A DNA stretch of 63,221 nt, filler included, from Choristocarpus tenellus KU-1152 (taxonomy: Eukaryota; Protista; Phaeophyceae), in NCBI GenBank assembly GCA_964200185.2. It is 14 parts of 14 records of this genome, joined end to end, with 100 filler letters (N's around TTAATTAATTAA, not from the genome) between each part and the next. Parts side by side here need not be neighbours in the genome. Positions count along the whole stretch, not along the records: positions 11,013 to 15,281 come from CAXNAD020015374.1; positions 15,382 to 19,824 come from CAXNAD020014536.1; positions 19,925 to 25,203 come from CAXNAD020011280.1; positions 25,304 to 32,055 come from CAXNAD020007425.1; 10 more parts are not named here. One strand, written 5' to 3'. Positions 13,961 through 26,001 of the stretch are shown one piece after another. Under the pieces are notes generated by a model. The model was not told the DNA's origin and searched no databases. It was given only the letters and a program-made list of their open reading frames with translations. Both the position numbers and the translations under genes were made by a program. Numbering within the stretch: position 1 is the first letter of the stretch; each line of letters begins with the position of its first letter.

Positions 13961-14049
13961 GGGGCTGCTGGAGAACAGTCACCACTAACTGATGGAACTT
14001 TCCCGCCGCCTTACCCCACAGCATACCCCCCCCTTGTTACCCTCTTACA

Positions 14050-15280
14050 TGATCCGCCCTGCAGTACCCCATTGTGGACATAGAAATCGCAGTAGTCCAT
14101 TTTGGTTGTTGCAAGAGAGATATAGGAGTACTTAAATAAGAATATTGCCGATCCATACCATTGCCACAATGTGTTCATCCGAGTGCGTGTAATTCACGAA
14201 ATAGGTGTAATTCTGTTGACAAATCGTAAAGAAATGACTTAAAAAGTGAGATGCTGCGACCAAGCTCAAAAGAGGATGTTGCTGTGAGGGATACCTAGGA
14301 AGAAAGAAAGAGGATATTTCACCACACAGGAGTCTGGGGCACAGATGCATACTAACACAGCAAAACAAATCAGAGCTTAGACAACACTCCCAGCTTGGTC
14401 AGATGTCTCCCACAAATATAACTGTCAACAGTTTTAATGCGTTGGAAGGTATGATGAAGGAAAGTCCTTACTACCCCCATGAGCCCACATAGACCTTGAA
14501 AGACACATCCTCATCATATCCGCTTTGAGTAGCAGGAAGTGGGCCACAAAAGTGGTTTTCATTGGTACAATTGCCTACACACCCACTTTCTGTCGCATCA
14601 CATCAGGGGGGTCATCATTGCACTGGGAACTGAGTGCGAACAGAGGGGCAAGCAACGCCAGACTGCTAACAAACACCAGTCGCCAAGCTTACAAAACACA
14701 AACCATATCAAATATCCTCAAGACATCTTCATCTGGCCCTTGTGTGGCATTGAGTTCAAATAAAGGCAGGTACCCTTCAATGATCCCTATCAGTAGCATG
14801 GTGGGAATATGAAGAGATCACGCAGATTGCTGTCATGTGATGTACTGCACGAAAAACAACAATATCTACCCAGCCAGGTGTACCAATCTCATTGGAGGGT
14901 CCTAATAATAGTGCATCTATTATACAACAAGGTAGCAAAAACTTCAACGGCATTTCATTCCTCCTCAAAAAGCTGTTTCTCTCTACAAAATTCAAATGTC
15001 TCTCTTCATTTCACTCACAATTAATTGATTCACTAGCCACTTGCATCTGAGCCCCACTGCTCTTCTCGCTCGTTACTTTCTCCAAGACAAACTCCCTTTG
15101 GGCTGAAGCACAACATTCTATATGTGACTTAGTCAAACACACCTCAACCACTGTTAATTCCTGTTGGAAATCGCTGCATGAAATGTGGTATAGGTCATCT
15201 GCACCTTTAAGAATCTAGCAAATTTTTCAACCTGGTTTTTGCTGTCTAATTAAGACCCCAAAGGCCTTTCACAACGCTAA
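14050..15280 (-). mobile_element. Highly degenerate copia RT-like region
   Basis: Fragments resembling the RT start and IVAMVWIGNILI (degenerate VYVDDIL); many stops. Confidence 0.35.
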
Positions 15281-15381
15281 ANNNNNNNNNNNNNNNNNNN
15301 NNNNNNNNNNNNNNNNNNNNNNNNNTTAATTAATTAANNNNNNNNNNNNNNNNNNNNNNNNNNNNNNNNNNNNNNNNNNNN

Positions 15382-17449
15382 AAGGTGTAGGTGGTAGGGA
15401 GGCATGTATATTGGGAGAGGTGAGTGTGGCAAGGGTGGGGGTAGGTGGTGCTTGAAGTACAGGAGGGATAATAGGGTCGGGTGGTGAGGGGGTGGCAGGA
15501 CAGATAGAGAAGTCCAGGTAGTACAGGGAGCCCAGAGTTCGTAGTGGTGTGCGGGTCTTGCCATTAAGGAGGTGCGGTTGGAGGGAGATCAGAGCGGTCA
15601 AGCCAGTAGTCGCCGCAGCACATGCAGAGTACAAATGACGACCAAGTCCAGGTACCAGCAGAACAGTGAACGTGGAGCGTGAAGACCGTGATGGGGGGTG
15701 CTGCAGAAGTCCTGTGAAGAGAGCTTGCGGATGTGCTGCGAGGTGTAGGTTCCCGATGCCCGAGACGGTGATGGGGTGGGCAAGAGAGGTAATATGGGAT
15801 AGGATATGGTGGTGGGAGGAAAGGAGAGTGGGATCGGCCATGTGTGTTGTGCAGCCGGGGTCAACTATGAAGGAGGTGAGTTCAGTTGGGTGTGGATCTT
15901 GTACGGGAGTTGTGTGGTGAGTTGTGGTGGTGGAAAAACAGTAGGAGTAGTGGCCATTTGCATCTGGACCCCAGCCATCTGATGGTGCTTAGGTAGTGAT
16001 CGAAGTGGTGGCGGTCTGATTGGGAGTGGTTGGTGGTGCGTTTGATGGATGAGGGGCGGTCGGTCGGGAAATATGGTGGTTTGGGGCACAGCGTTCTTGA
16101 TCAGTGTGGGTGGAGGTCACGTGGAAGGAACACCACATGCCAATGGGTGGGTAGGGGTGTGATGAGGTGGTGGAGTGGGAGCAGTTAGGGGTGTGCCTGA
16201 AGTGGAGGGGCGGTTGGGGCAGCAGTAATGATGGTGACCAGGTTGGTTGCAGCGTCGACAGTGGCAGTTCTTGGCGGACAGAGCAATGTTGGGAGCACCG
16301 TCAGTGGCAGAGTCAGCAAGATTCATGTCGTTGTTATACGTTTCCCGAATTGCTGTGGTAATGTCTTCAGTGGAGTACTCAGACTGGAAATGCACTTGGC
16401 TTGAAGCGCATCATAGTCCGGTGAGAGGCCAGAGATTATTGCAGCCTGCAGGCGAAAATCACTGATTGTTTCACCGAAACCCTCCAGTTCAGCTTTAGCC
16501 TTGTAGAGGCGTAGAAGCCATTGATCTGGGTCTTCGCCAGTGTCCATTGTACAGTTCTCGAAGCGACCATGTACAGCGCGCATCCGATGCTCTGTGGCTG
16601 CTTTGTACTTGGACTTTAGGGCCTGCTGTGCTGACAACCCATCGTTCAGTTGGGTCTCATCGCGTTGTTGGAGTCCATGGAGTAGGTCCTTAGCGGGGCC
16701 ACGACAGGTAGCAAGAAGGATGCCGAAGAGCTGGTCCTTGTCTTCTTCATAAGTGGTGATGGGTGAGGCGGTGGCAGCAGCGGGACGTGACAGGCGCTGC
16801 ACCAGAACTTTATAGGCCTTGGGTGCAACACAGGTCAAGATGCCCACGAAGCCAAGTTTGAAGGCGTTCCATGAGGAGTCGTCGCCACTGAAGATCAGGA
16901 CGTTTAGGGTGCGTTCCATGACGAGGTCGTGTGAAGGTATCTCTAGTGGGGGGTGAGGGAAGGAATTGAGGGCAGTACAAGAGAAGATCGGGAGGATTGG
17001 GTGTGTAGTATGTGTCAATCAAGTGTTGAGGCTCGTAGCCTGTTGAAACTTGAATCGAATGCATTGTATATGTAAGCGAAATGGGTAGACTACGAAGGAA
17101 GAGAAATCATGGTGTTGTAAAGCACCGATGAGTAGAGTACGTAGTCTGTGTTATGAGTAGATGTGATTTTGATGCAGATCACTGATGTATTTGTTCTGTT
17201 GCAACTGAAGTCATTGTTCTCTCAGTCAAGATTGATGTGATGTGAATTCAGTGTTCTTTCATGAGATATTCAACGAAAGAAGTCCATGCTCTGTGGAGAG
17301 GCTTGTTACCTTGACTTGCAAGGGTTTCCGTAGATGGTTTTAACTCTCATTGTATTATATCCAAGTGTGCGTCAGGGGCACTATTGCAGAGTGAGCATGA
17401 GGCGCTCAGTGAGGGGCAATGACAACTAATGAAAAAGTAATAACCAACA
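15382..17449 (-). mobile_element. Ty1/copia 5' half: putative LTR (~17449-17041), PBS, gag, zinc knuckle, protease
   Basis: LTR ends ...TTTCAACA followed by GGCTACGAGCCT (similar to the GGTTATGAGCCC half-tRNA PBS); gag ORF 17018-16323; CRRCNQPGHHHYCC knuckle; FIVDPGCTTHM protease motif. Confidence 0.85.
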
Positions 17450-17935
17450 ATTAACTTGCATCTGGGGTCTAATGCTTACAAAAAAAGAACAGAGATGACA
17501 GGCAACAACAAAGAGAAAAGAAGAACAGAAGACAACAGTGGAATGCACTTGGAACAAGTTCCGAAGTAACTTGGATGACGCGTGCTATGATATCCCTCTG
17601 TGTGATGTGTATCCACTGAATATCAACTGATGATATACTTCTATCTACTCTCATCGATGTGATGATGAGTTGAGGTGTGCAATAAATAAATGGACAATAA
17701 CGACCAGTGCAGTGCACCAATCAACAGTCAGTACAAGGTGAGTAGTTTTTGTATCATATCAACAAGAAACAGATGAGTAGCCTATGTTTTCACAATGTAT
17801 ACGCTATGAAAAGGTATGTCCGGAACAGTATAGACTCTTCCTAAAAAACACGATAGACAAAATTACATGGATATCGCAACATTGGATTTTGGCCGCCAAA
17901 TGGACGCGGCTCTGCCCTTTAAGATACTTTGACTC

Positions 17936-19824
17936 GCCACATCCTATGTCTCCTTAGCCTCCAGCTTCCCATTTTTGGCGAAGGTGCTGGTCTACTTTGT
18001 TGGTGTGACAATGATGGGACTATTGCCCATTTCAGCTTCATGTAGCTTATATCGGGTCTTGTGATGGGCTGCACAGGGATCTCGTCCTCTGCACGTCCTC
18101 CGTTGAGGCGCACGGGGATCTCGTCCTCCGTGCGTCCTTTATTGAGCTGCAGGGGAATCTTGTCCTCCGCACATCCTTCATTGATTCCTCTTTCGTAGTT
18201 CCAGTGCGATGTTCGTTCTGTTCCGATAGTGTCTCTGTGAGTTCAGGGTGGCGTATTTTCGCCACAGAAGGTCTTACAGACCCTTTCGCTGGCATAAACC
18301 AACAGAGAAAATCTCCATGTTGTCCAAGTCTCTATTGGTCATACTGGTGCTCGAGTCCAGTTGGGCAACCTCTTAATTACCTCGTTGAGGCCCATCACCT
18401 CCTCCTTTCCTCCATACTACTGAGGCTCATAACCTGTGCAATTTACCTTGGGAGGCAATGCTATTTATCAGTGGTGAAGACAAGAAGGTGTGAAGCCTCA
18501 CACGGCTCCCAATTGTTGAACGTGATTATATGGTCGAAATTAGAAGAGTGACCTTTGTGGGGTATCTTCTTTTTGCAAAAATAGCATTACCTCCCAAGGT
18601 AAATGGCACAGAATCCCCCTCCTTGATGCACAGTAAACCTACAACAGGCAACCGTCTGCTCAGCGGAGTGGACCGGTGGTGTCTCTGTTTGACGAAGTCA
18701 GAGGATGCTGGACCGAATCCCTGCTGGATTACTTTCCCTACTATGCAAAAGAGAGCTACTCTGATCCCGTCTGCTGAGTGCTTGATTTTGAAAGCAAATC
18801 GTGACTTGATTGCCTTCCTTTCTTGGGGTAGGGCTTTGTCACTAAACGTCCCCTTCAGCCAAAGTCCTGCCATTTCCTTTTCCATGGCTTCCTGCCATTG
18901 ATCTGCATCTGGCCCATTCAAGGCCTCCTTGGTTGTGGATGGCTCGTCTGTACCTGCTGTTACTTCCCCCATGAGACCCATAAGGCAGTACACTTCTTCG
19001 TTGTTCTGCTGCGTAAGGGTTGATACGAAGTGGTTCATTTCCATTTCCTCATCCTCTTCCTGGGCACACATTTGACATGCGTGGGCCATCCGCCGGCGCT
19101 GCTCCAGCCTGGCAGATTTCCACCTCTCAGAGTGTGGTGCCAAGCGTTTGGTTACCATCTTTGCAGCCCTATCCATGCGCTGGCGTTGTCCCATCCTGGG
19201 AATTTCTTGACTGTGGGGGGAAGCTGGGGGCGCTTTGAATTTTGAGCCCCACGCCCAATATTTGGGCTCTCACTCCCAGTCATGTCTGCCTCGCTCCCTG
19301 TTGTGGAAACCTCCTCTTCGTTTTGTATATCCAAATTTATGTCTTCATCAAATTCTGACTCTCCAAATATGTCTAGCTCTGGCTCCCCCACTAGTTCCAG
19401 CAGTTTGGTTTCAGGTTGGAAAGTCACCTGTGCTGAGGTCACGAGCTTTTGTTCCTGTGGGATCCATACGTGCCAGCATAGTGACACCCTGTCATGTCCT
19501 ACAAGGATCCCCCTCTTTGTATATGGATGGAACTTGGCATTAGCGCCCCGCTGTTGCTTGGTTTGGTGTACAAAACACTCTGTCCCAAATACTTGAAGCC
19601 GAGTGTAGTTGAATGGCTTGTTATTCAGGCGCTCGTATGGTGTCTCGCCTCCTAGGTACTCTTGCGGCATGCCAGTGGTCTTATATGTGGCATCTGCTAC
19701 CGCGAAGAACCAGAACTCCTCCCCCAGTCCAGCCTGAATCAACTGGCTGCGTGCCGCTTGCATAACTTGTTTGATTGCTCTCTCAGTAATTCCATTGCTC
19801 TGGGGCGTGCGTGGGGGGCTCTTA
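17936..19824 (-). mobile_element. Ty1/copia integrase and start of RT
   Basis: APEQWN/AARSQLIQAGLGEEFWFFAV...TPYERL...LQVFGTECFVH (integrase, SH3); EPSTTKEALNGPDADQWQEAMEKEM...KAIKSRFAFKIK (RT start). Confidence 0.9.
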
Positions 19825-20142
19825 NNNNNNNNNNNNNNNNNNNNNNNNNNNNNNNNNNNNNNNNNNNNTTAATTAATTAANNNNNNNNNNNNNNNNNNNN
19901 NNNNNNNNNNNNNNNNNNNNNNNNCCCCCCCAGGTACTTTGGGTCTATGCGGGAAACAACAATGTGCGACTGGGTCACCTGCTAGAGTAGATGTCGGTTT
20001 TGTGGATACAACTTGGTATGTGGACAACATAACGCCATCTATCATTCTCATTTCAAAGCGAGGATATCCTAGTTCAGTACCCCAGCAGTTGAGACTCTGC
20101 CGGGGTATGTTCCTTATTCCGGTCTGCCGAAGATAAATAGGC

Positions 20143-20634
20143 TGTTAGAACACTAGTAAACACCGCTGTGTCTACCGACCAGATAATCTCTGACTACCTA
20201 GTGACTACCTGGTCGGTAGACACAGGGGTTTTACTAGTGTTCTAACAAAAGCTAATCTCGGGGATCGCAAGCTGTTAGACTTGATGAGGTTTCGCCCGAG
20301 GGTTGCTATCCCTCTAATCAGTGACCATCTTCGGCGGGGCAGTTGCTAATGTGAGTTTGTGTATCCTGGCTGCGTATTTAGCCTTTTGACGGATGTGTAA
20401 CCATATATCCATGGCGGGATTCGATCCCATGACAGTAGCGTAGTACTGAAAAAGGCTAGACACGCCGCCAGGATACACAAACTCACAATAGTAACTGCCC
20501 CGCCGAAGTTGGTAGCTGATTAGAGGGGTAGCAACCCTCGGGCGAAAACTCATCAAGCCTAGCAGATTGCAATCCCCGAGATTAGCTTTTGTTAGAACAT
20601 TAGTAAACCCCTGTGTCTACTTAGTGTTCTAACA
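20143..20634. mobile_element. Palindromic (foldback) TG...CA element, copy 1: U-X-X'-U
   Basis: Starts TGTTAGAACACTAGTAAAC and ends TAGTGTTCTAACA; whole element is self-complementary; flanks TAGGC/TGGGC. Confidence 0.75.
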
Positions 20635-21064
20635 TGGGCACCGTACTTGGCATATGTAGATTCGATTACTAGTCGTAAGGTACAGAAAATAGGAATGATG
20701 GGAACTGAGTGTGAACAGGGAACAAGATGGGGGCAGGTATATGGTACTTGGATTGGCATATACGGCAAAAATTCGAAAAGGCAACGTGCGACACATCAGA
20801 GATAGTGAACAATGGACATTGGTTTAGAGGTTACCTATTGCACAAGTCACATATGCTCAATCAGCCACAAAACTAATCGGTGTCTACTCCGCCTATAACC
20901 CCAATCTATGCACATCATCATACATTGCATGAAGCGACCTCAGCCAATGGCCTATCTTCCACCACAACACAACATCGTAGACACATAGTGCGCTATGTTT
21001 ATTGCTATTAGTACCAGTCAAAAACCTTGTCGAACCAGCAGCCAGGGAAACAGTAGTCTCTCTA

Positions 21065-22660
21065 TAGTGGTACCAGTAGCTTCATCCTCTGGGGTTGTCC
21101 TGTCATAACGTTTGACGTAGACATAAAATAAAAAAACTAAAAGCATATTCGCGATGCCCGTCACAAGGCCCTCCAGCGTACAGGCTCCGTTTTTTCGCCA
21201 ATTTTCTATTTTTCTGAAGAAATAACGGTCGTATTGGGGTTCGAACCCCGCATTTTAGGTCACCAAGAGTGGAAACAGATGCACTATTACTTGGTTAAAG
21301 TATAGGGTTTAGCCTGGAAAAAGGCCTCCCCACCCTTTCTTCTTGTGTTGATTTCTCGAATGAATGCAGAGACAGGAAGAAAGGCTTAATCAACTTTATA
21401 CGTCCAACCTGCCCTAAGTCAAGGATGAAGAGTAAATGTACGGCATCTTGCAGGAAGTGGGAGACACCAAACCATCGGTGTACAAATCTCAATCTCACGC
21501 CCTCTTCTTCCCTGGCTTCCACGTCAATGGCTACCTTAACCTGCTACGCGATCTCTCCGAAGTAAAGGATTTGGTGGTATTGAAAAGTCTCCATGGCTGC
21601 CTTTGTTACAATCACTTTCTCCTCCGCCTTGCGAGCCCTTTCGACCTTCTTTTAGACTTCAGAACCCTTGTAGCCCAACCCTAACACCTTCTTTCTTGTT
21701 TCCTTAATTCTCTATGGCTCACACAGCTTCCAAACAGCCTGGGCCTGCTGCAATTGTCGACTACTAATATATTCTACAACCGGGTTTCGCTTATGCGTTT
21801 CCTGAGCGCAATGGCACGCAGTCGCACTACTCTCTTTCCCAACCTTCCCTTCGGGCGGCCACCCCGGCTCTCCGTTCGCCTGCCGTGACCAGACGTTCCC
21901 ACAGACTTCGTCACTGTACCACCTGGTGATGGACTTGCCACACTCTTCCTGATTTTCTGAGGCGGCAGAGACTGCAGAGCAGTGATCCGATGTGGTTGAA
22001 GATCCAACTACTTTTGTGCGGTAATGCTTTCAATGCATCTTCTTTCAGTGTCAGTGTTGCGGCCCCATGATCCATTTTGTGATTTGATTACGCTGCTGCA
22101 CCACACTACTCGCACTTTCTCGTCACCTCACATTGTACTGAGTGTCACACGGTACTTGCATTTCCGTCGCCTCTTGACAGAGAAGGTGCCGAGGGTAGAT
22201 CCAGGGGGCAGGGTGGCCTCGGCGACTCTCCTTGTCTCATCACCATGGCTCATGTTGCTGTATAAGTCATGTGTGTGTGTACTCACATTCTAAAAAGGTG
22301 TTGAAAATATGTCCAGAAATCTCTATTTTTTATTTTTTATTTTTTATTTTTTTCGGTATCGCCGCACCGACCAAACTTGGGCAGCGACTTACCCCGGACC
22401 GAGTTTTTTACGAAGAGTTCGGCAACCACTTTATTTTTGTCCGTTTTGAAGTCTTCACCTTCCAAATTGCGCCAGAGATGTTCCCTCTCGTTTTTTCCAC
22501 TATTTGATCAGGATATAGGTCCCATTCCCCGAAGACTGGACATTCATGCATACAAACCTTCAAAATCTCTTATCATACCCTTTTATTTGATATTATATAC
22601 ATTTTTGTATGACCTTATCCTAAGTCGAAAGGAGATGAGGGTCGAGCTAGCTATTGGGCA
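21065..22660 (-). mobile_element. Family C TIR element, copy 1, with a decayed internal ORF
   Basis: Left end TA-(T/C)AGTGGTACCAGTAGCTT; internal sequence shared with 23209-24664 and 46997-47910. Confidence 0.65.
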
Positions 22661-22714
22661 TCGCAAAATTTGACTATACACCGCACAAGCCCCACCAGTA
22701 CAGCGCCGAGTGTC

Positions 22715-22954
22715 CTACGTGAAGGGACTGAGGATACCCTGGGCGTCCACAAGCTCCTGAACAAGCATACCCACCACACCGATCAGGCCCAGTCGTCCAT
22801 TGCTCAACTCCTTTGACTGCATCACCTTCAACTCCTCAGGTGATTCGGGCTTGAGCCCAGCGGGATCAAACCCGATATCTCCTGGGGTGTAGTCGGCCTT
22901 GGGGTTGCCCATGTCGGTCAAATAATCCAGTTTCCCCCAACCCTGCGTGATAGC
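22715..22954 (-). CDS. Light-harvesting complex protein (LHCX/LI818-like), last exon
   Basis: DYTPGDIGFDPAGLKPESPEELKVMQSKELSNGRLGLIGVVGMLVQELVDAQGIL contains the FDP.GL and KEL.NGRL helix-3 motifs; AG acceptor at 22956-22955. Confidence 0.9.
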   Translation of the reverse strand, partial: AITQGWGKLDYLTDMGNPKADYTPGDIGFDPAGLKPESPEELKVMQSKELSNGRLGLIGVVGMLVQELVDAQGILSPFT

Positions 22955-23208
22955 CTGATTTTGTTGTCGGTTTCGGTTTTTAGTCAAGCCTCACACACCA
23001 TCAAAGAAATGGTGGATGGTTCAGAAAGTCCTTATTCAAATAGGACATTTTGAGTCAAGCTGCACACGTTCACTAGAGAGAAGGGGTTGATGGTTCAGAA
23101 AGGCCTGATCCAAACCGCATATTTGAACATGGGGTTGGGGAGTTTGGGCACAACACAAAGGCCTCGGAGGATGCAGTGATGTCATGTTGTAGTGGTAAGG
23201 AATTCGTA

Positions 23209-24664
23209 CAGTGGTACCAGTAGCTTTGCCCTCTGGGGTTGTCCCGTCATACCTATTGATGTAGACATCGGATTTAAAAAAATAGAAAAATATTCGTGAT
23301 GCCTGTCACAAGGCCCTCCAGAGTACGGGCTCTGCTCTCCTCCCCAATCATACCTTTGACCGGCCACTCTGGTTCTCCCTTCGCCTGCCGTGATCAGGCT
23401 TCCCCACAGACTTCATCACTATACCACACCTGGTGGTGGAGTCGCTGTTCTCTTCCCTCTTTTCTGAGGCGGCAGAGACTCCAGAGCAGTGGTACGATGC
23501 GGTTGAAGATCCAACCACGTTTGTGTGGTAATGCTTTCAATGCGTCTTCTCTCAGCGTCAGTGTCGCGATGGCGTGGTCCATTTCGCGATTCGACCATGC
23601 TGCTGAGCCACACTACTCGCACGTTCCCGTGACTTAACATCACACTGAATTTCACACAGTACTCGTTTTCCGGCCTCTCTCGACGGAGAAGGTGCCGACG
23701 GTAGATCCAGAGGGCAGAGTGGCCTTGGCGGCTCTCCTTGTCTCACCGCCATGGCTCATGCTGTTGTGCAAGTCGTGTGTGCGTGTGCTCAAAAGAAGAG
23801 TATCTTAGAGGGTATGAATTTTGCCCAGTTTATACATTTGGGGCTTGGCTTCCCGCCGTTTATTTAATGACATTTTCCTACTCCAAAATGTTTCGAAGTA
23901 GGTTAAATATGTATGTTATGAAAATGTGTGTTCGGAACAAGGATAATGGCACTTCCTAACAAAATAATAGCCAAAATTTTATCAAAATCGCCACATTGGA
24001 CTTTGGCCCCCAGATGGACACGGCTCTACCCTCTAAGATAATCTGACTCAGTTTTGCCCTGTTTGTCCATTTGGGGCTTGGCTTCCCTCGGGGTATTTTA
24101 TGACATTTTCCTAATCGAAAATATATCGGAGTAGGTAAAATGTAAACGTTATGAAAAGGTGTGTCCAAAACAAGGATATTGACACTTCGTAACAAACACG
24201 ATAGCCAAAATTACGTCAAAATCGCAACATTGGATATTGGCCCCCAAATGGACGCGGCTCTACCCTCTAAGATATTTTGGCTCCTCACAGAAAGTCTGCA
24301 AAAGGCGTTAAAAAGAGGAAATTCTTGGAGGGTTTTTCTCCTTTTTGTTTCAGTGAGGGCTGCACCCGCCAAACTTGGGCAGCAACGTACCCCGGACCAA
24401 TTTTCTGCAAGGAGTTCAGTCAACCACTTCATTTTTGCAAGTTTTGAAGTCGTGACCTCAAAATTGCGCCGAAGATATTCCCCCGCGTTTCTTCCATTAT
24501 TCTATTGGGACAAAGTTCCCGTTCACCGAAGCTTCTACAATCCTGGATTCAAGCCTTCAAATGGTCTTGTCATAAGCTTTCATCTGATATATATATTATT
24601 GTATATCTGTTGTGGCGTTCCAGTAAAAAAGGCAGAACTGCCACAGAGTGCAAAGCTACTGGTA
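23209..24664 (-). mobile_element. Family C TIR element, copy 2 (internally deleted, with a MITE-A dimer inside)
   Basis: TA-CAGTGGTACCAGTAGCTTTGCCCTCTGG ... CAGAGTGCAAAGCTACTGGTA inverted ends. Confidence 0.7.
23792..24283 (-). mobile_element. MITE-A head-to-tail dimer
   Basis: Two bodies with one left end; TSD CTCA. Confidence 0.85.
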
Positions 24665-26001
24665 TATCACCTTAGACACCCAACCACACATCACATACCT
24701 TGAGCAACAATGAAGAGGGGTATGCTGCTATCTGAAATGACTTGATTAATTCCTTGGTGGGTTGGACAGATTTGTAGACGAAGTGTAAGGAAGGGGAAAG
24801 GAGTAGTGAAACCTTCAAACCCAAGAGGGGTTTCTCTTTCACCAGATCTATCCTATTCTGTGGGGATCACTAATCATTACCTACAGATTTCTTGCTACAA
24901 TATTTCCTATTCCTGGACTCTTCCATGTTCTAGTTCGTCAACCCATGCTTACTATTTCTTACATAATCTACTTTTACACATGGATAAAAAGCATGTTCTC
25001 GACATACTCTCCTGCTTTGAACTTCTTGTGAACAAGGGTCAAAGTATCTGGGAGGGGGTGGCGGCTGTCCTTTTGGGGTCAATTTTTTCATGTCTCGATT
25101 CTTGGGTGATTTGGTTCCTTACGTTGGAAGGATAATGAATGTACACTTTTCCCGATTTTGGTCCAAATGGATACTCTGGTGTAGGCGCCCGCCCACGCTC
25201 TGCNNNNNNNNNNNNNNNNNNNNNNNNNNNNNNNNNNNNNNNNNNNNTTAATTAATTAANNNNNNNNNNNNNNNNNNNNNNNNNNNNNNNNNNNNNNNNN
25301 NNNGGAGGGGGGGGGGTGGGCGGAGGCGTTTATGAGTAATGACATGCACTGTACGACCGTGTTTGAAAAAGAAAAAATAGAAATATAGGTGTACACACAC
25401 ACACAAACACACACACACACACACACACACAAAGCATGCCTATTTTGTCCCTTTCACACAAGGAAGGTGTCGACAACGCCTGCTCGGATTGAGGCGCAAG
25501 TGATAAAAAAAAAACTTGGTGATGAGGGCATTGTTACACAGTCAAGGTTACAGCGGGGGGTTGGACAAGTGTTACCAACGAACAACGCGGTGCGGACGAG
25601 GTGCTCTGATTGGGTAATTTTATTCCTAGCACTCATGAAGCAGTAAACTATTCAGCCTTGGTACAAAAAGAAACACAATACAACACAGCATGTACACACA
25701 CATGGGCCTCCTGCTCATGCAAAACAAGCGCCTTCCTAGTTTCGGAGAGAGAAAGTGACGAGAGAACATACAAAAAAAAGGGAAAACAAGAATATATATA
25801 TATATATACTTTTAAAAAAATCCTTTTGATTTTTGTATATCGATGCTGATGCACACACATCAACCAAAAAAAAAGAAAAGAGAGGGAAGAACCGCCCTGA
25901 GCAGAATTAAAGAAAAATCCTTCAACCTGAAGTTTCCCTCCCAACTCTCAACATCAGTAGACACAAATCAGTGACACTGCCATTGCGCTCAATAAGCTCA
26001 C

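Noticed and set aside
20275-20325. Hammerhead-ribozyme-like words in module X (TTGATGAG...; CTGATTAG...CGAAAC on the other strand)
   Set aside because: Neither strand has an intact CUGANGA plus stem II plus GAAA core, and the words are not conserved in the 48990 copy.
21225-21295. tRNA gene (GGTTCGAACCCC B-box)
   Set aside because: No convincing cloverleaf and it lies inside a TE; at most a SINE or tRNA relic.
24161-24703. 180-aa ORF and similar ORFs containing LEGRAASIWGP
   Set aside because: Chance read-through of MITE-A and family C sequence.
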